Below, piece after piece: positions 57,113 to 64,000 of a DNA stretch of 64,000 nt. The notes below the pieces were generated by a model. The model was not told where the DNA came from and ran no database searches. It saw only the letters and a program-made list of their open reading frames with translations. Numbering within the stretch: position 1 is the stretch's first letter; the number at the start of each line of letters is the position of its first letter. The DNA is taken from the NCBI GenBank assembly GCA_043800725.1, contig JAZDMR010000015.1, positions 4,065 through 68,064 of the forward strand, written 5' to 3'. A program made the translations under genes and the position numbers. This DNA is from a bacterium (GTDB lineage Bacteria; Patescibacteriota; Patescibacteriia; HK-STAS-PATE-3).

Positions 57113-59287
57113 ATGTTATTTCTCAGAAAGATGCTTTATAGTCTATCGTGGGTGGGTATAGTCGCAGCCTCTCTTTTGATATTATTGAGATTTATTTTAT
57201 TTAGGGAAATTGATTGGTTAGGAAAAATAGATGTTATCCTAACATTACTTATTCTGATTGATTTCTTGATCCTAGTTACCATTTTGAATGAACCGAAACT
57301 AAAGGTTGAAAAATTTTGGCTTTGGGTATTAATTATCTTATGGTTTTATAATATAGTTTGGGGGGTCTCGTTAAAATACTTCCCATATCCTGGTATCCAA
57401 GAATTTAACGCTACTTTATATTATAGCGTTATTTTATTAGGCTTAATGTCTTTACGATTCGTAAGAAAAAAAATTTATAATTACTTTACATTATTAATAA
57501 AAGAAAACATAAAAATAGAAAATGAAAATAGCAAAGAAAAAATTATTGAAATGGCTCGTCAAAATGAATTTACGAATAAATTTAAAACAGTTAATAAAAT
57601 ACCGTTTATAAGGAACATAGCAAGTTTTTTTTATAAGCAAGGCAATTATTATTCTCTCGGTTTAATTATTGCAGTTATTGTTTTAATAGCTCTAAGCCTT
57701 CCTTTATTTGGTAGGTTTTTAAATGATGATGAATTTCATTTATTTAATGTCGGCAAGGGCATTGTTGAGACGCATCAATGTATTGCCTGGAATTTTTTAC
57801 AAGACGCTCCAGGATATAGCTATCCCAACGACTGTTTGATTTCTAATGTAATTTCAGTATTTTTTTTAATTTTTGGAACCTCACTTTTTAGCGCAAAGAT
57901 TCCTTTTTTAATTTTTTCAGTTATAAATGTATTCTTGTTATATTTTTTAGGAAAGAAGATATTTAATAAAAACATTGCTCTTGCTTTAATATTGTTCTAT
58001 TGTACAAATCCCTTTTTTGTATATCATGCCGGCTATATCAGAATATATGCTATGCTTATTACTTTTTCTTTGTTGGTTTTTATATATATTTTAAAATTAT
58101 TTGAAAAAAATAAGGATAATATTTATTCAAAGACCATTTTGTATACTATTATTCTAATATCATTATTATTTATTGGTTACAAGCTTAGAATAACATTTAT
58201 CACTATTGTGCCGGGTACATTATTACTAATTTCTATTAAAGTAATCAGTTTGATAAAAAACAAGAGTTTAAAAACATATCTCTTTTGTGGTCTTTTGACG
58301 GGAATTATAGCTGTGCCCACACTAATGAGCTATTATCAGTCAAGATTTAGTGGATTTTATGATTACAGCGGTAGATTTGATTGGCACACTTTTAACATAA
58401 CTCTTTTAAATTTTGATCCCCAAATAGCAAAATTATTTTTTTTAGCATTAACCGTGATTTGTTTATTATTCATATTTAAAAAATATATACAAAAAAATAC
58501 GAAACATTCAAAGTGTTTTAGTTTTGAAAGTATAATTTATTTATTAATTTTGTATATATTTATTAATCTTTCCTACGGTTTATTTGTGACCCAGGATAAC
58601 ATGATTCCGCGCTATGCAATATATTTAGTAATTCTTAATATTATTATATTAATACCGGCTATATATATTATTTTATTGCCTCTTGTTAATAAAAAATTAT
58701 CATATTTAATATTAATATTTGTTATAGTTGTTAATAATATTATTTTATGGAAATCAGACACAATTAATGATAAGCTTGGTAGCAAATACAATTACATTGA
58801 TATGTATGATATAACAGGCACAACAAGCCCCACGCGAGCAAAAGAACAATATAAGGTTATGTACGATAAAATTCTTGAAAATATAGAGCCAGAAGATAAC
58901 AAAGTTGCATTAGTAACTGCATTTTTTAACGATCCTCAGTTAGTAGCTTTGGCAAAGTATAAAGATAAAATTGATCTAATTGGAATAGGGGACTACTCTG
59001 GAGCTTACAAATTTGATGATTTACTCCCTGACTATCCTTATAAAGAAATAATGGTTGATAGAGAAAATTATGAAGAACAAGATAACGGTTCCAGACATCC
59101 ATTAAAGAAAGAAGCCCTTGTGGAATTTCAAGGTCAGTATGATAAAATATTTATCACCTGGCCTACAAGAAAAAATTATAAACATGAATACGTATTAGAA
59201 AGTGCCCAGGATCTTGATTTTATCAAAATATCTGGTGAGAATGTCGATCAATCTAATATCGAGATATACTATTACGAGAAAAACTAA
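57113..59287 (+). CDS. ArnT/PMT-like (GT-C) membrane glycosyltransferase
   Basis: NDDE loop motif, R.Y.M and PRY; AT-rich. Confidence 0.7.
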   Translation: MLFLRKMLYSLSWVGIVAASLLILLRFILFREIDWLGKIDVILTLLILIDFLILVTILNEPKLKVEKFWLWVLIILWFYNIVWGVSLKYFPYPGIQEFNATLYYSVILLGLMSLRFVRKKIYNYFTLLIKENIKIENENSKEKIIEMARQNEFTNKFKTVNKIPFIRNIASFFYKQGNYYSLGLIIAVIVLIALSLPLFGRFLNDDEFHLFNVGKGIVETHQCIAWNFLQDAPGYSYPNDCLISNVISVFFLIFGTSLFSAKIPFLIFSVINVFLLYFLGKKIFNKNIALALILFYCTNPFFVYHAGYIRIYAMLITFSLLVFIYILKLFEKNKDNIYSKTILYTIILISLLFIGYKLRITFITIVPGTLLLISIKVISLIKNKSLKTYLFCGLLTGIIAVPTLMSYYQSRFSGFYDYSGRFDWHTFNITLLNFDPQIAKLFFLALTVICLLFIFKKYIQKNTKHSKCFSFESIIYLLILYIFINLSYGLFVTQDNMIPRYAIYLVILNIIILIPAIYIILLPLVNKKLSYLILIFVIVVNNIILWKSDTINDKLGSKYNYIDMYDITGTTSPTRAKEQYKVMYDKILENIEPEDNKVALVTAFFNDPQLVALAKYKDKIDLIGIGDYSGAYKFDDLLPDYPYKEIMVDRENYEEQDNGSRHPLKKEALVEFQGQYDKIFITWPTRKNYKHEYVLESAQDLDFIKISGENVDQSNIEIYYYEKN

Positions 59288-59334
59288 TTACTCCCTAACC
59301 ATTTTAAGTCAGGTAGAGTTTATTCTGTATAAAC

Positions 59335-60603
59335 TTATCTTTTTAAAAAAGATGGCAGTACCTGTGGTTTAAAAATTAATAAATAGTATATAAAGAAAGC
59401 CATCCAGCTGCTCAACGTTATTGCAACACATATACCGAGAATACCCCATAGATATCCGAAAAGTAATATGAGTAATATTTTCAGTATATCTACAGATATG
59501 CTTTCAATGCTCGTCTCCCTATGTAATAAATGTGATTGAAAAAGCACATCAAATATGTAAGAAACCGCGCTAAACGGGAAAGTTAGAGCTAGTATCATAA
59601 AATATATTTTTGTGATTTGGTAATCTGTCGGGAAAAATAAAGAAATATACCCGTACCCGATTGCTAAAACAATTAGTGTAAAGATAATAGAGATTAAGAA
59701 AAATATTTTTAGCTTGGATTTGATGGATTGTACCAAATCCCCCTTTTTTTGTTTAGCGAAATCCGCATATAATAAAGGATCTATTATTCTTACAACCATA
59801 GCAAATTTATTTCTTAAATTATCAGCCACCGAAAAAGTAGAAAGTGTAGTGTAACCCAAGAATAGCCCTATTATAATTGAGGATATTTTTGTACTCGTTA
59901 TGTTGATTATATTAGCTGGGATCATCTTTAATCCAAATGAAACGCATTTTTTATCGATATTATTTTTTTTGAATTCTGAGAGTAGATGATCTTTTTTGGA
60001 AACATAAATAAACCCTATCCAGCTTAACAGGACCAACGAACCAAATGATGATATAACGAATATTATGATATTATGTGTATAATACGCTGAAGCAAGTGCT
60101 GTTAGATTTACTATTAGACCGATGCTGATTTCCCAAGCGGCTTTTTCTTTGAAACGCTTAGTAGATATTAAATAATTTATAAAACTTGTATTAACAATCT
60201 GGCCGAATATAGCATAGATAAAGACTATGCACAGTAAGATAGCGATTAGACTTGATTGTTGAAGAAAGAAAATGATAATCACAACAAAACCAAAAAGCAT
60301 TACGATCGCTGCTAATCTCAGTCTATAAAAAAAGGCATAAAAAAAAGTACCCTTGAATCCGTTAGCAATGGCTGACTTTACACCATTTGTTATATATGAA
60401 CCAGTGAGAGCCAATACCCAGGTTTCGATAGCTAAGACAAACTGGTACCGTCCATAATCGTCGATAGATAGATTACTTAAAATTATCGGCAAGGTAATCA
60501 TGCTGATCCCTAGCGATACTATCTGCGGGAGAAAAAGAATAACACCACTAGAAAAATATTTTTGCTTCACTTTTAGAATAAATTGAGATATCTCTCTGAA
60601 CAT
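59335..60603 (-). CDS. Wzx-like oligosaccharide flippase
   Basis: PII...LS..DYG, about 12 TM, WGILG..VA. Confidence 0.8.
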   Translation of the reverse strand: MFREISQFILKVKQKYFSSGVILFLPQIVSLGISMITLPIILSNLSIDDYGRYQFVLAIETWVLALTGSYITNGVKSAIANGFKGTFFYAFFYRLRLAAIVMLFGFVVIIIFFLQQSSLIAILLCIVFIYAIFGQIVNTSFINYLISTKRFKEKAAWEISIGLIVNLTALASAYYTHNIIIFVISSFGSLVLLSWIGFIYVSKKDHLLSEFKKNNIDKKCVSFGLKMIPANIINITSTKISSIIIGLFLGYTTLSTFSVADNLRNKFAMVVRIIDPLLYADFAKQKKGDLVQSIKSKLKIFFLISIIFTLIVLAIGYGYISLFFPTDYQITKIYFMILALTFPFSAVSYIFDVLFQSHLLHRETSIESISVDILKILLILLFGYLWGILGICVAITLSSWMAFFIYYLLIFKPQVLPSFLKR

Positions 60604-60604
60604 T

Positions 60605-62104
60605 TTATTTTTTCAAAATGTATATTGTCCTTGTTTTGTTCACACTCCCAATCTTTTCAATATCTGAGAAATATAATTTCGAGAAATGTATAAAATTTGT
60701 ATAATTATATTCTTCAGTCTTTGCCCTTCCCAGAATATTGGTCCATTTTTTGGCCTTAACATCTTTTTCCGAAGGGAACTCAATGATTAAAAACTTTTTA
60801 GTTATTTTGGAAAACGATTCCATAATTGTTTTTAACGATCCGAAATCCTCAGTACGGTGAAATAGATGATGGATTATCCCCATGGCTAATACACAATCAT
60901 ATGAATTGTTTATATCGCTAAATTTTTTGTAGCTAAAAGTACATCCTTCAATGCCTAGGGTATCGATTATTATTTTGCAAGTTTCTATATATTTTTTGTT
61001 GTAATCTATGCCATAACATTTAGTAAACTGGTATTTCAATTTACTCAAAAATACATATAGACCCAGATTAGAACCAATATCCAAGAAGCTGTCTATTTTT
61101 TTTATATCTGCTATTTGGTTCAAAGCCTTATCAACGAGCCTGAATTTTGGTTCAGTATTCCAGAGAGGTTTGGCGTCAATCGACAATGGCGTTATTTGAT
61201 TGTCAGCGATATTATAGTTTTGATAGCCTCTTACCTGCACCTCGTTTTCTTTAGGGAACTTTATAGTGTCGATATGCGCTGATTCTTGAGGCAATTCAAG
61301 GTTGCTATGTTTTAGTAGTTTTTCTATTTCTTGTTTGAGCACTTTCCAGCCAGCTTCAGTCAATAAGTCCGTTTCAGGAGCTGTCGCCCTCCTAATGATA
61401 TCGGTGTAAATAGTATCGTTCATCTCTTTTTGCACAAAATCAATCAATTTATTTAGCTCATCGTCACTGGAATTCTGTGCTGTAGTTGATAATAGAGTGG
61501 TAGTTCTTCTGCCTAAACCATAGTAATAAATGTGTAAAATAAACTGCAGTTTCAGAAAATTATTTTTGGCATAAATAAGGTTTTTTCTTTGTTCTCTGGT
61601 ATTTAAACTATTTTTTTCATTTATCAGCAAAAAAGAATTCCCCCCATAATCTATTAACTTTATCTTTCCGTAATTATTCTCCATATAGTTGCAATGATCG
61701 ACAAAACCAAAATCCCAATAACAGATATTCTTTTTTATTAAATCCATTTCCAAATCACAGATTTGAGTTAAATATTTAATAAAATATTTTGGATCGGTTT
61801 TTGTGTGGTTTAATTTTTCGTAGGGATATATGATAAATTTATCAGAGAATATTTTTAAGCGATACAAATGTTCTGAGTTTACGTTTCTTTTTATAAATTC
61901 CTTGGTTATATCGAGATAACCTTGCCCGAAGACGGAAAGTACTTTTACAACCACGTTCATATTGTCTTTATTGCGACACAAATAAATTCTTCCATCCTTG
62001 CCTTGACCTAATATTTCAACAACCTTATAACTGTTTTTCAGCGTGGCCATCGTTTTAATGTGGTTGTATTTATTACGGATGATTGAATATAGTGTTTTCA
62101 ACAT
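60605..62104 (-). CDS. Protein-kinase-like domain fused to class I SAM methyltransferase
   Basis: LGQGKDG, VVVK, YWD...NY and IDYG; then LDIGSNLG, GID and IIHH. Confidence 0.75.
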   Translation of the reverse strand: MLKTLYSIIRNKYNHIKTMATLKNSYKVVEILGQGKDGRIYLCRNKDNMNVVVKVLSVFGQGYLDITKEFIKRNVNSEHLYRLKIFSDKFIIYPYEKLNHTKTDPKYFIKYLTQICDLEMDLIKKNICYWDFGFVDHCNYMENNYGKIKLIDYGGNSFLLINEKNSLNTREQRKNLIYAKNNFLKLQFILHIYYYGLGRRTTTLLSTTAQNSSDDELNKLIDFVQKEMNDTIYTDIIRRATAPETDLLTEAGWKVLKQEIEKLLKHSNLELPQESAHIDTIKFPKENEVQVRGYQNYNIADNQITPLSIDAKPLWNTEPKFRLVDKALNQIADIKKIDSFLDIGSNLGLYVFLSKLKYQFTKCYGIDYNKKYIETCKIIIDTLGIEGCTFSYKKFSDINNSYDCVLAMGIIHHLFHRTEDFGSLKTIMESFSKITKKFLIIEFPSEKDVKAKKWTNILGRAKTEEYNYTNFIHFSKLYFSDIEKIGSVNKTRTIYILKK

Positions 62105-62133
62105 AGGCTTCTATTCTAGCAAAAAACTTAATA

Positions 62134-63189
62134 TTATTTCTTAAATAGTTGTAAATACTGGTCAACGAAAATATCTAGATTGAAAAGTTTTACAGTTTCA
62201 ATGCTTTTGACTGACATTTTGGTGATTTGAGAGTCATTGTCTATCAGATGAGATACTTCTTGGGCCATCTGATCAAAATTTCTATTTTCTACCAAGATAC
62301 CCTGGGCCAGTTTAACGATTTCATTTGTAGCTGAGTTATCATAGGCGACAATTGGTAAGCCGCTAGCCATAGCTTCTACTGTCGTAATACCGAACATTTC
62401 ATGGATTGAGGTAGTTATATAAATCTTCGATTCTGAAAGTAATTGTATTTTTTTGTTTTCAGGAACGTTACCATGGAAGGTGATGTAGTCATCTAGGTAC
62501 AAATTTGAAACAAGTTTCAATGTTTGGTCATAGTACCCTTGCCTAACTGTTTCATAACCACCAATTATATCAAGGTGAATCTTGGGATTTATTTTATGGA
62601 GCCGATAGAACATTTTTATCAAATCGAAGTAGTTTTTTCGGGAGCAGATTCTGCCAATTGTTATTATATTGTATCTTTTGAAGTCGCTTTTTTTATAACG
62701 ATCGATCTGAACCGGATTATAGATAACTTTAATTCTATCAAGATACTTACCGCATAAAGATACCCTCTTAGCATAATGAGAAACGGCCACTAAATTATCG
62801 TAAAGCCATGCTACTACGAATGGTATTCTTTTTATAATCCAATTAGGATATTCCGAAACGCTACCACAGAAGACTAGATTGGTAATTAATTTACTCCTAA
62901 AAATTTTAAAGAAAAAAGTAAGGTAAAAATAGTTCTTATAGGGCTCGAAGACACACAAAATATCAATTTTACATTTGAATAGTATTTTTAAATAATTCTT
63001 CCAGTTTAAATAGTAAACATGAAAATTGTCCTCAAAAGAGTAATTTAACGTCTGATAATCTTGGTGCTCGGCCAATATATAAATTTTGCTGTTTTTATCT
63101 TTTTCAATCAGGCCGGTACCAAGATGTCTCATGATAACGGGTATGCCGCCGTTTATTTTGCTGTATTTATAAAAGAATAGATAATTCAT
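62134..63189 (-). CDS. GT4 glycosyltransferase
   Basis: IGR...KN and EMFGITTVEAMASG. Confidence 0.9.
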   Translation of the reverse strand: MNYLFFYKYSKINGGIPVIMRHLGTGLIEKDKNSKIYILAEHQDYQTLNYSFEDNFHVYYLNWKNYLKILFKCKIDILCVFEPYKNYFYLTFFFKIFRSKLITNLVFCGSVSEYPNWIIKRIPFVVAWLYDNLVAVSHYAKRVSLCGKYLDRIKVIYNPVQIDRYKKSDFKRYNIITIGRICSRKNYFDLIKMFYRLHKINPKIHLDIIGGYETVRQGYYDQTLKLVSNLYLDDYITFHGNVPENKKIQLLSESKIYITTSIHEMFGITTVEAMASGLPIVAYDNSATNEIVKLAQGILVENRNFDQMAQEVSHLIDNDSQITKMSVKSIETVKLFNLDIFVDQYLQLFKK

Positions 63190-63929
63190 TGATTGAGCTG
63201 ATTAATCTTGTCCGCTAGCCATTTTTGGTCATGAAAGTGTAAGTCACGGTCGTGTAAAAGAAAACACCCCCTCCTGTCATCTATGAACTCGATATCATTG
63301 AGCTTAACATCTGAGTCTATCATGTATCGGTTGCAGATTATTTTTTTAATATTTGTTTTCTTTAGGGAATTGTATGTTTTAATGCTCCACACATTACCAG
63401 GAGGTACAAATATTGTAATGGGTTTCTCAAAATATTCCTCCAGGATTTTTTGTGATTGAGTGATGTGTTGCTCGTGTACTGTCTGATCTAGATACGGCCA
63501 GAACTCTCTATGAAATTCTCGATTTGAGTAAAGCAGGCGAGGTAAATGTTTACCGACAACACAATGCGTTAAACCATGGTTGGCAATAATAATCTCTCCT
63601 CTCTTAAAAGCGTCTTTTAATACTTTAGCTTGAGCCGAAAACTTTTTATTGAAAGGGATTAAGTTTGATTTTTCATCAACCCATGCGGCGGTTACTGAAA
63701 TAATAGGGACAATTGAATTCCGCTTGAACAGCTCTATTACTTTTTCCCAGGTATCGCTGCTTACTTCTGGATAAGGTCCCCATGTCCTAAATGGCTTGAT
63801 GCGCTTGAAAAACCATAAATTAGCTAGGGGAAAATAAAAATATAGGATTTTGTGCAAATAGAATCTCTTTTTTCCGTATTGATTGAACCGCTTGGTCGAT
63901 GCTCCAACATCATCTATTCTCCAAAGCAT
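63186..63929 (-). CDS. Polysaccharide deacetylase-like (NodB/DUF2334) protein
   Basis: RIDD, HGLTH and FVPPGN motifs. Confidence 0.75.
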   Translation of the reverse strand: MLWRIDDVGASTKRFNQYGKKRFYLHKILYFYFPLANLWFFKRIKPFRTWGPYPEVSSDTWEKVIELFKRNSIVPIISVTAAWVDEKSNLIPFNKKFSAQAKVLKDAFKRGEIIIANHGLTHCVVGKHLPRLLYSNREFHREFWPYLDQTVHEQHITQSQKILEEYFEKPITIFVPPGNVWSIKTYNSLKKTNIKKIICNRYMIDSDVKLNDIEFIDDRRGCFLLHDRDLHFHDQKWLADKINQLNQ

Positions 63930-64000
63930 ATTTATTTCTTAATACAAATAAAAAGACCCGTATAATAAGCGGAGTTTGTTTTTTTGTCATTGAGAAATAA

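Noticed and set aside
830-62757. Numerous 60-160 aa ORFs overlapping long genes on the opposite strand or in alternate frames (e.g. 7206-7697, 13154-13621, 15939-16370)
   Set aside because: Shadow ORFs with no recognisable motifs or translation signals.
1-64000. Diversity-generating retroelement, retron, prophage or stop-codon reassignment
   Set aside because: No reverse transcriptase, integrase or phage structural gene; no TR/VR pair seen; TAA, TAG and TGA all terminate conserved genes at expected lengths.

Overview
The window looks like a Patescibacteria (CPR, Parcubacteria/ABY1-like) chromosome segment in the standard genetic code; the taxonomy is inferred from gene content. Left to right it holds: (i) a broken cell-division/peptidoglycan cluster (ftsL, ftsI, murF); (ii) an AT-rich patch with one clear and two eroded integron attC-like sites, a frameshifted small gene and an HTH-Panacea/RelE-type toxin-antitoxin pair; (iii) an operon of two apparent pseudoenzymes plus DUF2207; (iv) large surface proteins, a probable 6S RNA and a PspC/LiaF-type envelope-stress operon; (v) orphan genes, dtd, xseAB, dnaX and tRNA-Gln(CTG); (vi) Ca-binding surface proteins, a dead HtrA and a subtilase; (vii) a ~25 kb surface-glycan cluster whose last ~7 kb is strongly AT-rich. 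The most unusual signals are three. First, three stand-alone, promoter- and terminator-bounded structured RNAs (~3440-3617 -, ~22935-23232 +, ~24457-24762 -) match no family I recognise. Second, orphan genes share a promoter / boxA-like motif / strong SD / terminator architecture. Third, an FN3 domain appears split between two adjacent secreted proteins, suggesting beta-strand-complementation docking. All calls are by eye; no searches or folding programs were run.
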